64,000 bases of DNA from an uncultured Chloroflexia bacterium (GTDB lineage Bacteria > Chloroflexota > Limnocylindria > Limnocylindrales > CSP1-4): assembly GCA_963776395.1 (NCBI GenBank), contig CAVZML010000006.1:488986-552985 (forward strand), read 5' to 3'. A program made the position numbers and the translations under genes. Below, piece by piece: positions 27,664 through 43,622 of this stretch. Below the pieces are notes generated by a model that was not told the DNA's origin, did not search any database, and saw only the letters and a program-made list of their open reading frames with translations. Each line of letters begins with the position of its first letter. Position 1 is the first letter of the stretch.

Positions 27664-27774
27664 CACCACCCGTAAACCACGTTCGGAGGGGGACCGGCGT
27701 CCGGCCGGCCCGGTCCCAGCTCGCCTGAACCGGAAGATCGCGCCGCCAGGGCCGCGGCGGCGCGGAGGAGACCG

Positions 27775-32313
<4,539 letters not shown>

Positions 32314-32372
32314 CCGTCAGGGCTGGCCCTCGATGCTGGCGCCTCGGCGGCACGCCATTCCGCAATCCCGGA

Positions 32373-32401
32373 CACCCCCGGCCCCACGGCCGGGGGTGTT
32401 T
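32373..32401 (+). terminator. Rho-independent terminator after rpoC
   Basis: 11-bp stem CACCCCCGGCC / GGCCGGGGGTG, loop CCAC, then TTT. Confidence 0.7.
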
Positions 32402-32428
32402 GACACTCGAACGAACGCCTTGCTAAAC
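32399..32428 (+). promoter_or_regulatory. Putative promoter for the rpsL-rpsG-fusA-tuf (str) operon (TTGACA-18-TGC-TAAACT)
   Basis: Consensus -35 at 32399-32404 and extended -10 TGCTAAACT at 32420-32428, directly after the rpoC terminator. Confidence 0.55.
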
Positions 32429-32584
32429 TCCGCCTTCGTGGCCTCGAGGGGGCCCCGTTCGCCACGTGCGTCGGAACAGGCCTCGAAGAGATCCGATCGG
32501 TCCCCGGCCGGACCCCCGGCACGCGTGGACCCGCCGGACCGACCACCACCAGAAGTCACTGACAGCGAAAGGAGCCGCGTCTCC

Positions 32585-33016
32585 GTGCCGACCATCAGCC
32601 AGCTCGTGCGCCACGGGCGGAAGCCGAAGATCGAGAAGGTCAAGGCGCCCGCCCTGCGCAAGAACTGGAACAGCCTGCGACAGCGCCAGGTGCCGATCCC
32701 CGGCGCCCCCCAGAAGCGCGGCGTGTGCCTGCAGGTCCGGACGATGACCCCGAAGAAGCCGAACTCGGCCCTTCGGAAGATCGCGCGCGTGCGGCTCACG
32801 AACCAGATGGAGGTCACGGCCTACATCCCGGGCATCGGTCACAACCTCCAGGAGCACTCGGTGGTCCTGGTGCGCGGTGGCCGGGTGAAGGACCTCCCGT
32901 CGGTCAAGTACCACATCATCCGCGGGACGCTCGACGCCGCGGGGGTGAAGGATCGCAAGCAGGGCCGCAGCAAGTACGGGGCCAAGGTCGCCCAGGCGCC
33001 CGGGAAGAAGAAGTAG
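32585..33016 (+). CDS. rpsL: 30S ribosomal protein S12 (with about 13-aa internal insertion)
   Basis: (V)[12 protein letters not shown]...[30 protein letters not shown]...[20 protein letters not shown] 32585 follows GAAAGGAG. Confidence 0.93.
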   Translation: MPTISQLVRHGRKPKIEKVKAPALRKNWNSLRQRQVPIPGAPQKRGVCLQVRTMTPKKPNSALRKIARVRLTNQMEVTAYIPGIGHNLQEHSVVLVRGGRVKDLPSVKYHIIRGTLDAAGVKDRKQGRSKYGAKVAQAPGKKK

Positions 33017-33017
33017 G

Positions 33018-33482
33018 ATGCCGCGCCGTCAGTCGATCGCCCGCAAGACGAAGTACCAGGTCGAGTCCAACCGCGTCTCGGACCGCTTCCGCGCCAAGCT
33101 GATGCGGGACGGGAAGCAGACCCTGTCGGACCGCATCCTGCGCCAGGCGCTGGCCCGCGCCGAGTTCCAGGCCAAGCGCCCGGGGCTCGAGGTCCTGGAG
33201 GCCGCGCTGCGCAACGCCACCCCGATCATCGAGGTCAAGCCCCGGCGCGTCGGTGGCGCCACCTACCAGGTCCCGGTCGAGATCCGGGGCGATCGCCGGC
33301 TGTCGCTCGGCGTGCGCTGGCTCGTCCAGGCCGCCCGCAAGCGCAACGGCAAGAGCATGAGCGAGAAGCTCGCCGCGGAGTTCGTCGATGCCATGAACGG
33401 CCTCGGCGCGGCGGTGAAGCGGCGCGAGGACACCCACAAGATGGCCGAGGCCAACAAGGCCTTCAGCCACTTCAAGTGGTAG
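33018..33482 (+). CDS. rpsG: 30S ribosomal protein S7
   Basis: [24 protein letters not shown]. Confidence 0.95.
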   Translation: MPRRQSIARKTKYQVESNRVSDRFRAKLMRDGKQTLSDRILRQALARAEFQAKRPGLEVLEAALRNATPIIEVKPRRVGGATYQVPVEIRGDRRLSLGVRWLVQAARKRNGKSMSEKLAAEFVDAMNGLGAAVKRREDTHKMAEANKAFSHFKW

Positions 33483-33510
33483 TCCCGGCCGAGAGGAGCT
33501 AGTACCAACC

Positions 33511-35586
33511 GTGGCACGAGCCGTTCCGCTCGCACGAACGCGGAACATCGGGATCATCGCGCATATCGACGCGGGCAAGACGACCGTCACCGAGCGGATC
33601 CTCTTCTACACGAAGAAGATCTACAAGCTCGGTGAGGTCCATGAGGGCGCGGCCACCATGGACTGGATGCCCCAGGAGCAGGAGCGCGGGATCACGATCA
33701 CCGCGGCTGCCACGACCTGCTCGTGGAACGATCACCGCATCAACATTATCGATACGCCCGGGCACGTGGACTTCACGATGGAAGTCGAGCGGAGCCTGCG
33801 CGTCCTCGATGGCGCGGTGGTCGTGTTCGACGGCGTCGCGGGTGTCGAGCCCCAGTCCGAGACCGTCTGGCGCCAGGCGGACCGGTACGGCGTGCCCCGG
33901 ATCTGCTTCATCAACAAGCTCGACCGGACGGGCGCCAACTTCTGGCGCGACGTGGAGATGATCCGCGACCGCCTGGGCGTCACGCCGGTGCCGATCCAGA
34001 TCCCGATCGGGATCGAGGACACGTACCAGGGCGTCGTGGACCTCGTCCGGATGAAGGCCCTGATCTGGCGGGACGACCTCGGCAACACGTTCGACGAGAC
34101 CGCCATCCCGGCCGAGCTGGCCGACGAGGCCGCCACCCATCGGGAGCGCCTGCTCGAGGCGGTGGCGGAGGTCGACGACGGGCTCGCCCACAAGTACCTC
34201 GAGGGCGAGGAGCTGACCGAGGCGGAGATCAAGCGCGGCATCCGGCTGGCCACCCTGCAGTACAAGTGGGTGCCGATCCTCAACGGCTCCGCCCTCAAGA
34301 ACAAGGGCGTCCAGCCGATGCTCGACGCGGTGGTCGACTACCTCCCGTCGCCGCTGGACGTGCCGCCGGTCATCGGCCTGCGCCCCGGCACCGACCAGGA
34401 GATCCTCAAGACCCCGGACGACGCCGAGCCGTTCAGTGCGCTCGCGTTCAAGATCGCCGCGGACCCGTTCGTCGGCAAGCTGGCCTTCTTCCGGGTCTAC
34501 TCGGGGACGCTCAAGTCCGGGTCCTACGTGCTCAACGCCACGAAGGGCAAGAAGGAGCGGATCGGCCGCATCCTCCAGATGCACGCGAACCACCGCGAAG
34601 AGATCGACATCGTGTACGCGGGCGACATCGCGGCCGCGGTCGGCCTCAAGGAGACCTTCACGGGCGACACGCTGACGGACCCGGATCACCCCGTGATCCT
34701 GGAGTCGATGACGTTCCCCGAGCCGGTGATCGAGGTCGCGATCGAGCCCAAGACCAAGGCCGACCAGGACAAGCTGGGCATCGCGCTCCAGCGCCTGGCC
34801 GAGGAGGACCCCACCTTCCGCGTCAAGACGGACGAGGAATCGGGCCAGACGCTGATCTCGGGCATGGGCGAGCTGCACCTCGACGTCCTCGTGGACCGCA
34901 TGGTGCGCGAGTTCAAGGTGGCGGCGAACGTCGGCAAGCCGCAGGTCGCCTACCGCGAGACGATCCGCCGGCCCGCCCAGGGCAACGGGCGCTTCGTCCG
35001 CCAGACCGGCGGCAAGGGCCAGTACGGCCACGCCGTCATCAAGGTCGAGCCCCTGCCGAAGGGTGGTGGCTACGAGTTCGTGGACAAGATCGTGGGCGCC
35101 ACGATCCCCCGCGAGTACATCAAGCCGATCGACATGGGCATCCGCGAGACGCTCGACTCGGGCATCTACGCGAGCGTGCCGATGGTCGATATCAGGGTGA
35201 CGCTGATCGACGGGTCGTACCACGAGGTCGACTCGTCGGAGATGGCGTTCAAGATCGCCGGTTCCATGGCGATCAAGGACGCGGTCTCCAAGGCCAGCCC
35301 GGTCGTTCTCGAGCCGATGATGCGGGTCGAGGTGACGATGCCCGAGGAGTTCATGGGTGACGTCATCGGTGACCTCAACAGCCGGCGCGGGTTGATCGAG
35401 GGCATGGACCCCCGCGGGTCGACGCAGGTCGTCCGCAGCGCGGTCCCGCTCTCCGAGATGTTCGGGTATGCCACCGACCTCCGGTCGATGACCCAGGGTC
35501 GTGCCAGCTATTCCATGGAGCTCAGCCACTACGCCGAGGTTCCCCCGGCGCTCGCGGCCGAGCTCGTCGCCAAGTCGAAGGTCTAA
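33511..35586 (+). CDS. fusA: Elongation factor G
   Basis: [24 protein letters not shown] and all five domains. Confidence 0.95.
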   Translation: MARAVPLARTRNIGIIAHIDAGKTTVTERILFYTKKIYKLGEVHEGAATMDWMPQEQERGITITAAATTCSWNDHRINIIDTPGHVDFTMEVERSLRVLDGAVVVFDGVAGVEPQSETVWRQADRYGVPRICFINKLDRTGANFWRDVEMIRDRLGVTPVPIQIPIGIEDTYQGVVDLVRMKALIWRDDLGNTFDETAIPAELADEAATHRERLLEAVAEVDDGLAHKYLEGEELTEAEIKRGIRLATLQYKWVPILNGSALKNKGVQPMLDAVVDYLPSPLDVPPVIGLRPGTDQEILKTPDDAEPFSALAFKIAADPFVGKLAFFRVYSGTLKSGSYVLNATKGKKERIGRILQMHANHREEIDIVYAGDIAAAVGLKETFTGDTLTDPDHPVILESMTFPEPVIEVAIEPKTKADQDKLGIALQRLAEEDPTFRVKTDEESGQTLISGMGELHLDVLVDRMVREFKVAANVGKPQVAYRETIRRPAQGNGRFVRQTGGKGQYGHAVIKVEPLPKGGGYEFVDKIVGATIPREYIKPIDMGIRETLDSGIYASVPMVDIRVTLIDGSYHEVDSSEMAFKIAGSMAIKDAVSKASPVVLEPMMRVEVTMPEEFMGDVIGDLNSRRGLIEGMDPRGSTQVVRSAVPLSEMFGYATDLRSMTQGRASYSMELSHYAEVPPALAAELVAKSKV

Positions 35587-35636
35587 CAGGTCGGCTCGCC
35601 CCAGCGCGAGCGAGCAGCACGGGAGTCCAAGCGGAC

Positions 35637-36833
35637 ATGGCCAAGAAGAAGTTCGAGCGCACGAAGCCGCACGTCAACGTCGGCACGATCGGCCACATCG
35701 ACCACGGCAAGACGACGCTCACGGCCGCGATCACGAAGTACCTCGCCCTCAAGGGCGGCGCGGAGTTCCGCGCCTTCGACTCGATCGACAACGCCCCCGA
35801 GGAGCGCGAGCGGGGCATCACCATCGCGATCGCCCACGTCGAGTACCAGACCGCGAACCGCCACTACGCGCACGTCGACTGCCCCGGGCACGCCGACTAC
35901 ATCAAGAACATGATCACCGGCGCCGCCCAGATGGACGGCGCGATCCTGGTCGTCGCCGCCACCGACGGCCCGATGCCCCAGACCCGCGAGCACATCCTCC
36001 TGGCCCGCCAGGTCGAGGTGCCCTACATGGTCGTGTTCCTCAACAAGTGCGACGCGGTCGACGACCCCGAGCTGCTCGACCTCGTCGAGCTCGAGGTCCG
36101 CGAGCTGCTGACCAAGAACCACTTCCCGGGCGACGACGTCCCGGTCATCCGCGGCTCCGCGCTCAAGGCGCTCGAGGCCTCCGACAACCCCGACGACCCG
36201 GCCTACGCCTGCATCCAGGAGCTGATGGACGCGGTCGACTCCTACATCCCCAACCCCGAGCGCCCCGTCGACAAGCCGTTCCTGATGCCCTGCGAGGACG
36301 TGTTCGGCATCAAGGGCCGGGGCACCGTCGCCACCGGGCGCATCGAGCGGGGCGTGATCAAGGTCTCCGAGGAGGTCGAGATCGTGGGCGTCCGGGCCAC
36401 CCGCAAGGTGGTCGTGACCGGGGTCGAGATGTTCAAGAAGCTGCTCGAGCAGGGCCAGGCGGGCGACAACGTCGGCCTCCTGCTGCGGGGCATCGAGCGC
36501 GACGACATCGAGCGCGGCCAGGTCCTGGCCAAGCCCGGCTCGGTCACCCCCCACACCAACTTCATCGCCCGCGTCTACGTCCTGACCAAGGAGGAGGGCG
36601 GCCGCCACACCCCGTTCTACAACGGGTACCGGCCCCAGTTCTACCTGCGCACGACCGACGTCACGGGCGCCATCGGCCTCCCCGACGGGGCCGAGATGAT
36701 CATGCCCGGCGACAACGTCGACATGACCGTCGAGCTGATCACCCCGATCGCGCTCGAAGTCGGCCAGCGGTTCGCGATCCGCGAGGGCGGTCGCACCGTC
36801 GGCGCCGGCGCGATCACCAGCATCATCGCGTAG
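35637..36833 (+). CDS. tuf: Elongation factor Tu (copy 2)
   Basis: [28 protein letters not shown]. Canonical position after fusA. Confidence 0.95.
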   Translation: MAKKKFERTKPHVNVGTIGHIDHGKTTLTAAITKYLALKGGAEFRAFDSIDNAPEERERGITIAIAHVEYQTANRHYAHVDCPGHADYIKNMITGAAQMDGAILVVAATDGPMPQTREHILLARQVEVPYMVVFLNKCDAVDDPELLDLVELEVRELLTKNHFPGDDVPVIRGSALKALEASDNPDDPAYACIQELMDAVDSYIPNPERPVDKPFLMPCEDVFGIKGRGTVATGRIERGVIKVSEEVEIVGVRATRKVVVTGVEMFKKLLEQGQAGDNVGLLLRGIERDDIERGQVLAKPGSVTPHTNFIARVYVLTKEEGGRHTPFYNGYRPQFYLRTTDVTGAIGLPDGAEMIMPGDNVDMTVELITPIALEVGQRFAIREGGRTVGAGAITSIIA

Positions 36834-36844
36834 CGAGACAGATA
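35638..36844 (+). repeat. 1207-nt segment apparently identical to 19069-20275 (tuf duplication)
   Basis: See the partner feature. Identity ends at the first base of the rpsJ ATG. Confidence 0.85.
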
Positions 36845-37152
36845 TGGCGAAGCAGCGGATCAGAATCCGCCTCAAGGCCTACGACCACCGGCTGCTGGAT
36901 CAGTCGGCAGCCCAGATCGTCGAGACCGCGCAGCGCACCGGCGCTGACGTCGTCGGACCGGTCCCGCTGCCGACCAGGATCGAGAAGTTCACCGTCCTGC
37001 GGTCGCCGTTCATCGACAAGGACTCCCGGGAGCAGTTCGAGATCCGCACCCACAAGCGGCTCATCGACATCCTGGATCCCTCGTCGAAGACCGTCGACGC
37101 CCTGATGCGACTCAGCCTTGCCGCTGGCGTCGACATCGAGATCAAGATGTGA
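36844..37152 (+). CDS. rpsJ: 30S ribosomal protein S10
   Basis: [26 protein letters not shown]. Confidence 0.95.
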   Translation: MAKQRIRIRLKAYDHRLLDQSAAQIVETAQRTGADVVGPVPLPTRIEKFTVLRSPFIDKDSREQFEIRTHKRLIDILDPSSKTVDALMRLSLAAGVDIEIKM

Positions 37153-37179
37153 TGACGCGCACGCTGATCCGGGCCAGGG

Positions 37180-37255
37180 CCGCGTTGGCCCCTGCGCTCC
37201 TCGCTCACGCACCCACGAAGTGCGCTCGCTCCGGTGCTCCGGGCCGCCTTGCCCC
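37180..37255 (+). repeat. Intergenic structured repeat, copy 2 (rpsJ-rplC spacer)
   Basis: CGCGTTGGCCCCTGCGCTCCTCGCTCACGCACCCACGAAGTGCGCTCGCTCCGGTGCTCCGGGCCGCCTTGCCCC. Confidence 0.8.
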
Positions 37256-37288
37256 GACCTCGGCTGAGCGTGCGCAGAAGGTTTGTCC

Positions 37289-37909
37289 ATGAGCCAGCAC
37301 ACGATTGGCCTCATCGGCCGCAAGGTCGGCATGACACAGGTCTTCCAGCCGGACGGGACGATGGTCGCCGTCTCGGTCGTCCAGGTCACCCCCAACACCG
37401 TGACCCGGTTGCGGACGGACGAGCGGGACGGCTACACGGCCGTCCAGCTGGGTGCGGGCGAGCGCAGGAAGCTCACCCGGCCCCTCGCCGGCCAGCTGAA
37501 GAACCTGCCTCGGGTCAAGACGATCCGGGAGTTCCGGCTCGACAGCGCGGACGGCTATACGGTCGGCCAGCAGCTGACGGTCGGCGAGATCTTCGCCGAG
37601 GGCGAGCTCGTCGACGTCATCGGCATCTCGAAGGGGCAGGGCTTCGCGGGCACCGTGAAGCGCCACAACTTCTCCCGTGGCCCCAAGACCCACGGCTCCG
37701 ACAACTACCGCAGGCCGGGCTCCATCGGCCCCGGCACCACGCCCGGTCGCGTCTACAAGGGCCTCAAGATGGGCGGCCACATGGGCAGCGAGCGGGTCAC
37801 GATCAAGAAGCTGCGCGTCGTCCGCGTGGACTCCGAGCGGAACCTGATCCTCGTGAACGGGTCCGTCCCCGGGGCCCCCGGCGCGCTCACCTTCGTCCGG
37901 AAGGTGTGA
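37289..37909 (+). CDS. rplC: 50S ribosomal protein L3
   Basis: [24 protein letters not shown] lies 8 nt upstream of ATG 37289; the listed ORF begins at TTG 37283. Confidence 0.93.
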   Translation: MSQHTIGLIGRKVGMTQVFQPDGTMVAVSVVQVTPNTVTRLRTDERDGYTAVQLGAGERRKLTRPLAGQLKNLPRVKTIREFRLDSADGYTVGQQLTVGEIFAEGELVDVIGISKGQGFAGTVKRHNFSRGPKTHGSDNYRRPGSIGPGTTPGRVYKGLKMGGHMGSERVTIKKLRVVRVDSERNLILVNGSVPGAPGALTFVRKV

Positions 37910-37911
37910 CG

Positions 37912-38550
37912 ATGCCGCAGACCAACCTCTACGACCGCACGGGCGCGACCGTCGGGAGCGTCGACCTCAGCGAGGCGCTGTTCGCCGCGCCCGTCAACGA
38001 GGCCGTCCTCCACCAGGCGGTGGTCGCCCAGCTGGCGGGCCGCCACCTCGGCACCCACGACACCAAGACCCGCGGCGAGGTCCGTGGCGGCGGCAAGAAG
38101 CCGTACCGCCAGAAGGGCACCGGCCGCGCGCGGCAGGGCACCCGCACCGCCCCGCACTACAAGGGCGGCGGCGTCGTCTTCGGCCCGCACCCGCGCTCCT
38201 ACGACCAGAAGCTGCCGAAGAAGATGCGCCGCCTGGCGCTCCGCTCGGCGCTGACCGCCAAGCTCGGCGACGACGCGATCCGCGTCGTCGACCGGTTCGG
38301 CATGGACACCGAGCCCCGGACGAAGGTGTTCGCGGGCATCCTGCAGGCGCTCGGCGCCGGGGATGGCCACGAGCGGCGCGTCCTCGTGGTCGCCCCCGCG
38401 AAGGACGAGCTGCTCCTCCGCTCCGCCGCCAACCTGCCGTCGGTGTCCGTCATCCTCGCCGACTCGCTCAACGTCGTGGACCTGCTCAACGCGGACGCCA
38501 TCCTGATCGAGCAGCCGGCGCTGGCCCGGATGGACGAGGTGTACGCGTGA
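37912..38550 (+). CDS. rplD: 50S ribosomal protein L4
   Basis: GGGKKPYRQKGTGRARQG. Confidence 0.95.
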   Translation: MPQTNLYDRTGATVGSVDLSEALFAAPVNEAVLHQAVVAQLAGRHLGTHDTKTRGEVRGGGKKPYRQKGTGRARQGTRTAPHYKGGGVVFGPHPRSYDQKLPKKMRRLALRSALTAKLGDDAIRVVDRFGMDTEPRTKVFAGILQALGAGDGHERRVLVVAPAKDELLLRSAANLPSVSVILADSLNVVDLLNADAILIEQPALARMDEVYA

Positions 38551-38861
38551 GCGCGCTGACAGCCGCCGACATCATCCTCCGCCCGGTGATCTCGGAGAAG
38601 TCGATCGACGAGTCGCAGCGGGGAAAGTACACGTTCGCCGTGCATGACAAGGCGAACAAGATCCAGATCAAGGCCGCCGTCGAGGAGCTCTACAGCAAGG
38701 AGAAGGTGACCGTGGTCGCCGTCAACGTGCTGACCTCGAAGTCGAAGGAGAAGCGGCGGGGCACGAAGCGTGGCCGGATCACCGGCCACACCTCCGCGTG
38801 GCGGAAGGCGATCGTGACCCTGGCCCCCGGCCAGAAGATCGAGTTCTTCGAGGGGGTGTAG
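38547..38861 (+). CDS. rplW: 50S ribosomal protein L23
   Basis: [12 protein letters not shown]...[12 protein letters not shown]. Confidence 0.93.
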   Translation: MSALTAADIILRPVISEKSIDESQRGKYTFAVHDKANKIQIKAAVEELYSKEKVTVVAVNVLTSKSKEKRRGTKRGRITGHTSAWRKAIVTLAPGQKIEFFEGV

Positions 38862-38863
38862 GA

Positions 38864-39694
38864 ATGCCGCTGCGAAGCTACAAGGCAACGTCACCGGGCC
38901 GCCGGTGGATGACTCGCTCGACCTTCGAGGAGATCACCACCGACCAGCCCCACAAGCCGCTCCTCGAGCCGATGAAGCGCGGCTCGGGCCGGAACAACCA
39001 GGGCCGGCTCACCGTGCGCCATCGCGGCGGCGGCGAGAAGACCCACTACCGCCGGATCGACTTCAAGCGCGACAAGACCGGCGTGCCGGCCCGCCTCGCG
39101 ACGATCGAGTACGACCCGAACCGCTCGGCCCGGATCGGCCTGCTCCACTACCGGGACGGCGAGAAGCGCTACATGCTCCTGCCGAACGGCCTCAAGGTCG
39201 GTGACGTCGTCGTCTCCGGGCCCGATGTCGACGCCCGGCTGGGGAACGCCCTGCCGATCGCGAACATCCCGCTCGGCACGACCATCCACAACATCGAGCT
39301 CATCCCGGGCAAGGGTGGCCAGATCGTCCGGTCCGCCGGCACGTCCGCCCAGCTGCTCGCGAAGGAGGGCGACCTGGCCCAGGTCCGGCTCCCCTCGGGC
39401 GAGGTGCGCCGGGTGCCGATGCGGTGCATGGCGACGGTCGGGCAGGTCTCGAACGTCGAGCACGAGAACCAGAGCCTCGGCAAGGCCGGGCGCGCCCGCC
39501 ACATGGGCCAGCGTCCGGAGGTCCGTGGCGTGGCGATGACACCGCGGGACCACCCCCACGGCGGCGGCGAAGGCAAGAGCCCGACGGGCATGCCTCCCAA
39601 GACGCCCTGGGGCAAGCCGGCGATGGGCTACCGGACGCGGCGCGGCAAGGCGACGAGCCGGCTCATCGTCCGCAGCCGTCACCGCAAGTCGTAA
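38864..39694 (+). CDS. rplB: 50S ribosomal protein L2
   Basis: [15 protein letters not shown]...[13 protein letters not shown]. Confidence 0.95.
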   Translation: MPLRSYKATSPGRRWMTRSTFEEITTDQPHKPLLEPMKRGSGRNNQGRLTVRHRGGGEKTHYRRIDFKRDKTGVPARLATIEYDPNRSARIGLLHYRDGEKRYMLLPNGLKVGDVVVSGPDVDARLGNALPIANIPLGTTIHNIELIPGKGGQIVRSAGTSAQLLAKEGDLAQVRLPSGEVRRVPMRCMATVGQVSNVEHENQSLGKAGRARHMGQRPEVRGVAMTPRDHPHGGGEGKSPTGMPPKTPWGKPAMGYRTRRGKATSRLIVRSRHRKS

Positions 39695-39707
39695 GAGGAG
39701 CTAGAGC

Positions 39708-39992
39708 ATGTCGCGTTCGGTCAAGAAGGGACCGTTCGTCCAGCCCCGGCTTCTCGCCCGGGTGCAGGACATGAACAAGCGGAGCGAGCGCAAGGTCCTG
39801 AAGACCTGGTCGCGCGCGTCCGTCATCTTCCCCGACTTCATCGGGCACACGATTGCCGTCTACAACGGCAAGAAGCACGTGCCCGTGTACGTCACCGAGA
39901 ACATGGTCGGTCACCGCCTCGGCGAGTTTGCCCCCACCCGCACGTATCGCGGGCACGGCAAGACCGCCGACCGGTCGGCCGGACTCCGGTAG
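39708..39992 (+). CDS. rpsS: 30S ribosomal protein S19
   Basis: [11 protein letters not shown]...[33 protein letters not shown]. Confidence 0.95.
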   Translation: MSRSVKKGPFVQPRLLARVQDMNKRSERKVLKTWSRASVIFPDFIGHTIAVYNGKKHVPVYVTENMVGHRLGEFAPTRTYRGHGKTADRSAGLR

Positions 39993-40003
39993 GGGGCGAG
40001 GAC

Positions 40004-40342
40004 GTGCGCGTATCCGCCACCGCCAAGTACCTGCGGGGCTCCACCCGGAAGGCCCGCCTCATCACCGAGGCGATCAAGGGCAAGCCCGTGGAGGAGGCCG
40101 CCGCGCTCCTGCGGTTCATGCCGCAGTCGGCCGCGCGCGACGTCGCGCGCGTGCTGAAGAGCGCGACGGCCAACGCCGAGAACAACCTGAACCGGTCGGC
40201 GGACGAGCTGTTCGTCGCCGATGCGGTCGCCAACGAGGGCCCGACGATCAAGCGATGGCGCCCGCGGGCCCAGGGTCGGGCCTTTCCGATCCACAAGCCC
40301 ATGACGCACATCACGGTCGTCGTGGCCGACCGGGAGGCCTAG
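40004..40342 (+). CDS. rplV: 50S ribosomal protein L22
   Basis: AKYLRGSTRKARLITEAIKGK...EGPTIKRWRPRAQGRA. Confidence 0.95.
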   Translation: MRVSATAKYLRGSTRKARLITEAIKGKPVEEAAALLRFMPQSAARDVARVLKSATANAENNLNRSADELFVADAVANEGPTIKRWRPRAQGRAFPIHKPMTHITVVVADREA

Positions 40343-40344
40343 GC

Positions 40345-41037
40345 ATGGGACACAAAGTCCATCCGTACGGCTACCGCCTGGGTTACACCCGAACGTGGAC
40401 CGCCAAGTGGTACGCCGACAAGGAGTACACCACCCTCCTCAAGGAGGACATCGCCATCCGCCAGCTGCTCGACCGGCGGCTCGCGAACGCGAGCGTGAGC
40501 GGCGTGGAGATCGAGCGTGGCATCAACCACGTCACGGTCGCGATCCATACCGCGAAGCCGGGCATCGTGATCGGGCGCGGTGGCCAGAACGTCGAGATCC
40601 TGCGCAAGGAGATCGGCGACCTGACCAAGCGCAAGGTCAAGCTGGAGATCAAGGAGATCCGCCAGCCGGAGCTCGACGCCTACCTCGTCGCGCTCAACAT
40701 CGCGCAGCAGCTGACCCGCCGGGTCGCCTACAAGAAGGCGATGAAGCAGTCCATCCAGCGGTCGATGAAGGCCGGGGCGAAGGGCGTCAAGATCGCCCTC
40801 GCCGGCCGCCTCGGCGGCTCCGAGATGGGTCGCCGCGAGTGGGACCGGGAGGGACGCATCCCGCTCGGCACCCTGCGCGCCGACATCAGCTACGGGCAGG
40901 TCCACGCTCACACGACCTACGGGCGCATCGGCGTCAAGGTCTGGATCTACAAGGGCGAGATCCCGGTGGAGCGGAAGCGCCGCGAGGCAGCCGCCGTTCC
41001 CGCCACTGCCGCGGCCGCCGCCGCGCAGGGGGTGTGA
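40345..41037 (+). CDS. rpsC: 30S ribosomal protein S3
   Basis: [26 protein letters not shown] domain, GRLGGSEM. Confidence 0.95.
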   Translation: MGHKVHPYGYRLGYTRTWTAKWYADKEYTTLLKEDIAIRQLLDRRLANASVSGVEIERGINHVTVAIHTAKPGIVIGRGGQNVEILRKEIGDLTKRKVKLEIKEIRQPELDAYLVALNIAQQLTRRVAYKKAMKQSIQRSMKAGAKGVKIALAGRLGGSEMGRREWDREGRIPLGTLRADISYGQVHAHTTYGRIGVKVWIYKGEIPVERKRREAAAVPATAAAAAAQGV

Positions 41038-41041
41038 CGCC

Positions 41042-41479
41042 ATGCTGATGCCGCGACGCGTCAAGCACCGCAAGGTGATGCGCGGCCGGATGTCCGGACA
41101 GGCGAAGGGCGGTCACACCGTGGCCTTCGGCGAGTACGGCCTGGCCACCCTCGAGCCGGCCTGGATCACCGCCCGGCAGATCGAGGCCGCCCGGCGCGCG
41201 ATGACCCGCTCGGTCAAGCGCGGGGGCAAGATCTGGATCCGTATCTTCCCGGACAAGCCGGCCACCAAGAAGCCGGCCGAGACCCGGATGGGCTCCGGCA
41301 AGGGCGCCCCGGATCACTGGGTCGCCGTCGTGCGGCCCGGCCGGATCCTGTTCGAGATGGCGGGCGTCGAGCACGAGGCGGCCGTCGAGGCCATGCGTCT
41401 CGCCTCCCACAAGCTCCCGGTCGCGACCCGCGTCGTCGTCCGCGAGACCGCGAAGGAGGTCACCGATGGAGATCGGTGA
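41042..41479 (+). CDS. rplP: 50S ribosomal protein L16
   Basis: [17 protein letters not shown]...[15 protein letters not shown]. Confidence 0.95.
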   Translation: MLMPRRVKHRKVMRGRMSGQAKGGHTVAFGEYGLATLEPAWITARQIEAARRAMTRSVKRGGKIWIRIFPDKPATKKPAETRMGSGKGAPDHWVAVVRPGRILFEMAGVEHEAAVEAMRLASHKLPVATRVVVRETAKEVTDGDR

Positions 41480-41672
41480 GGTCCGGAAGCTCACGGATCA
41501 CGAGCTGGACGATCGGCTCCGGGAAGCCAAGCAGGACCTCTGGCAGGCCCGCTTCGCGCTCTCGACCCGCCAGTTGAAGGATTACAGCCAGATCCCGGCG
41601 ACGCGACGGACGATCGCCCGGATCCTCACCGTCCAGCGCGAGCGGGCAACCGCGCCGCGCTCGGCGGAGTAG
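41466..41672 (+). CDS. rpmC: 50S ribosomal protein L29
   Basis: [29 protein letters not shown]. Confidence 0.9.
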   Translation: MEIGEVRKLTDHELDDRLREAKQDLWQARFALSTRQLKDYSQIPATRRTIARILTVQRERATAPRSAE

Positions 41673-41682
41673 GAGCGTCGGG

Positions 41683-42069
41683 ATGCCCACCGCAGGAGCC
41701 ACAGACCCCGTGAAGGGACAACGGAAGACCAAGATGGGTCGCGTGGTCAGCGACAAGATGGACAAGACGATCGTCGTGTCCATCGAGCGCCTGACCCGCC
41801 ACCGCCTGTACAAGCGCGTCATGAAGGCCTCGACCAAGTTCGCGGCCCACGATGAGCGCAACGAGGCGAAGATCGGCGACACGGTCCTCATCGAGGAGTC
41901 GCGTCCCCTGTCCGCCACCAAGCGCTGGCGCCTGGTGTCCGTCCTCTCCCGTGCGGGCGAGGAGCGGGCAGGCGAGGTCATCCCGGCCGAGGAGGCCGAG
42001 ACGACCGAAGCGATCCACGCAGCCGCACACCCCGGCCGGCACGCCGAGGGTGAGGAGGGCCAGGCGTGA
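41683..42069 (+). CDS. rpsQ: 30S ribosomal protein S17 (with about 40-aa acidic C-terminal extension)
   Basis: [28 protein letters not shown]...[18 protein letters not shown]. Confidence 0.92.
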   Translation: MPTAGATDPVKGQRKTKMGRVVSDKMDKTIVVSIERLTRHRLYKRVMKASTKFAAHDERNEAKIGDTVLIEESRPLSATKRWRLVSVLSRAGEERAGEVIPAEEAETTEAIHAAAHPGRHAEGEEGQA

Positions 42070-42434
42070 TCCAGGCCTCGACGCGCCTTCGCGTCGCCGA
42101 CAACACCGGAGCCCGCACCATCGAGTGCATCCGGATCATGGGCCGCTCCCGGAAGACCGTCGCCGGCATCGGTGACGTGATCATCGCGAGCGTCAAGACC
42201 GCGATCCCGAATGCCCCGGTGAAGAAGGGCGACGTCGTGCGGGCGGTCATCGTCCGCACCTCCAAGGAGATCGGCCGCCCCGACGGCAGCTACATCCGCT
42301 TCGACGAGAATGCCGCGGTCCTGATCAACAACCAGGGCAACCCCCGCGGGACCCGGATCTTCGGCCCCGTCGCGCGCGAGCTGCGGGACCGGAACTACAT
42401 GAAGATCGTGTCCCTCGCACCGGAGGTGCTGTGA
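42066..42434 (+). CDS. rplN: 50S ribosomal protein L14
   Basis: [17 protein letters not shown]...[12 protein letters not shown]. Confidence 0.95.
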   Translation: MIQASTRLRVADNTGARTIECIRIMGRSRKTVAGIGDVIIASVKTAIPNAPVKKGDVVRAVIVRTSKEIGRPDGSYIRFDENAAVLINNQGNPRGTRIFGPVARELRDRNYMKIVSLAPEVL

Positions 42435-42874
42435 TGCCCGACCGGTCGATCGAACACCGGACGAAGGTGCCCGAGATCCGCAAGGGCGACACGGTCGTCG
42501 TGCTGGCCGGCAAGGATGCGGGCAAGCGCGGCAAGGTCGACGTGGTGATCCGCCGGGATCCGTCGCCGTCCCCGGTCCGCTCCGGCTACCGCCGCACGTC
42601 GCTCAAGGGCGGCGTCCTGGTGGTGGTCGCGGGTCTCAACGTCGCCCGCAAGCACACCAAGCCGCGCCAGCGATCGCAGGGCGGCCCCGGCTCGATGCCC
42701 ACCGTCGACCCGGGCGGCATCCTCGACCGCGCGATGCCGCTCCCGGTCAGCCGGGTGATGATCGTGTGCGGCCATTGCGACCGCCCCACGCGGGTCGGTC
42801 ACCGGACGTTCGACAACGGCACCCGGGTGCGCATCTGCCACCACTGCGGCGAGCCGCTGGAGGTGAAGGCGTGA
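42434..42874 (+). CDS. rplX: 50S ribosomal protein L24 (enlarged; CxxC...CxxC motif)
   Basis: KOW motif [21 protein letters not shown], then ...[13 protein letters not shown]...[13 protein letters not shown] 42431 is an alternative start. Confidence 0.9.
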   Translation: MPDRSIEHRTKVPEIRKGDTVVVLAGKDAGKRGKVDVVIRRDPSPSPVRSGYRRTSLKGGVLVVVAGLNVARKHTKPRQRSQGGPGSMPTVDPGGILDRAMPLPVSRVMIVCGHCDRPTRVGHRTFDNGTRVRICHHCGEPLEVKA

Positions 42875-43413
42875 GCGGGCAGCTGAAGGTTCGGTACGCG
42901 TCGGAGGCCGTGCCCGCGCTGCAGAAGCAGTTCGGGTACGTCAACCCGATGCAGGTGCCGCGCGTGGACAAGATCGTCGTCAACATCGGCCTGGGCGAGG
43001 CCCTCACCAACGCGAAGGCGGTGGATGCCGCCGTCGGCGACCTGCAGCTCATCACGGGCCAGAAGCCGATCGTCACCCGCGCCAAGCGGTCGATCGCCCA
43101 GTTCCGGGTCCGGACCGGCAACCCGATCGGCGTGAAGGTCACCCTTCGCGGCGAGCGGATGTGGGACTTCCTGGAGCGCCTCACGCGGCTCGCGCTCCCG
43201 CGCATCCGCGACTTCCGGGGCGTGCCGGGCAGGTCCTTCGACGGGCGGGGCAACTACTCGCTCGGCCTCCGGGAGCAGCTTGCCTTCCCGGAGATCGACT
43301 ATGACAAGGTGGACCGTCTCCGCGGGCTGGAGATCAGCATCGTGACGACGGCGAAGACCGACGAGGAGTCGAAGCGCCTGCTCGAGCTCCTCGGCATGCC
43401 CTTCGCCGGCTAG
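42871..43413 (+). CDS. rplE: 50S ribosomal protein L5
   Basis: [20 protein letters not shown]...[12 protein letters not shown]. Confidence 0.95.
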   Translation: MSGQLKVRYASEAVPALQKQFGYVNPMQVPRVDKIVVNIGLGEALTNAKAVDAAVGDLQLITGQKPIVTRAKRSIAQFRVRTGNPIGVKVTLRGERMWDFLERLTRLALPRIRDFRGVPGRSFDGRGNYSLGLREQLAFPEIDYDKVDRLRGLEISIVTTAKTDEESKRLLELLGMPFAG

Positions 43414-43432
43414 GGCGCGGGGAGGAGTCCAG

Positions 43433-43618
43433 ATGGCCAAGAAGTCAATGATCGCGAAAGCGAAGCGAGAGCCGAAGCACCCGGTGCAGGGATATCACCG
43501 CTGCACCGTGTGTGGCCGACCCCGGGCGTACATGCGCCGCTTCGCGCTGTGCCGGATCTGCTTCCGCGAGCGCGCGCTCGTCGGCGAGCTGCCCGGCGTC
43601 ACGAAGTCGAGCTGGTAG
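43433..43618 (+). CDS. rpsN: 30S ribosomal protein S14, zinc-binding type Z (61 aa)
   Basis: [23 protein letters not shown]. Confidence 0.93.
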   Translation: MAKKSMIAKAKREPKHPVQGYHRCTVCGRPRAYMRRFALCRICFRERALVGELPGVTKSSW

Positions 43619-43622
43619 GAAG

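Noticed and set aside
27664-27774. 8-bp hairpin GGGACCGG...CCGGTCCC in the rpoB-rpoC spacer as an attenuator.
   Set aside because: It has a 12-nt loop and no U-tract, and rpoB and rpoC are normally co-transcribed. The evidence is insufficient.
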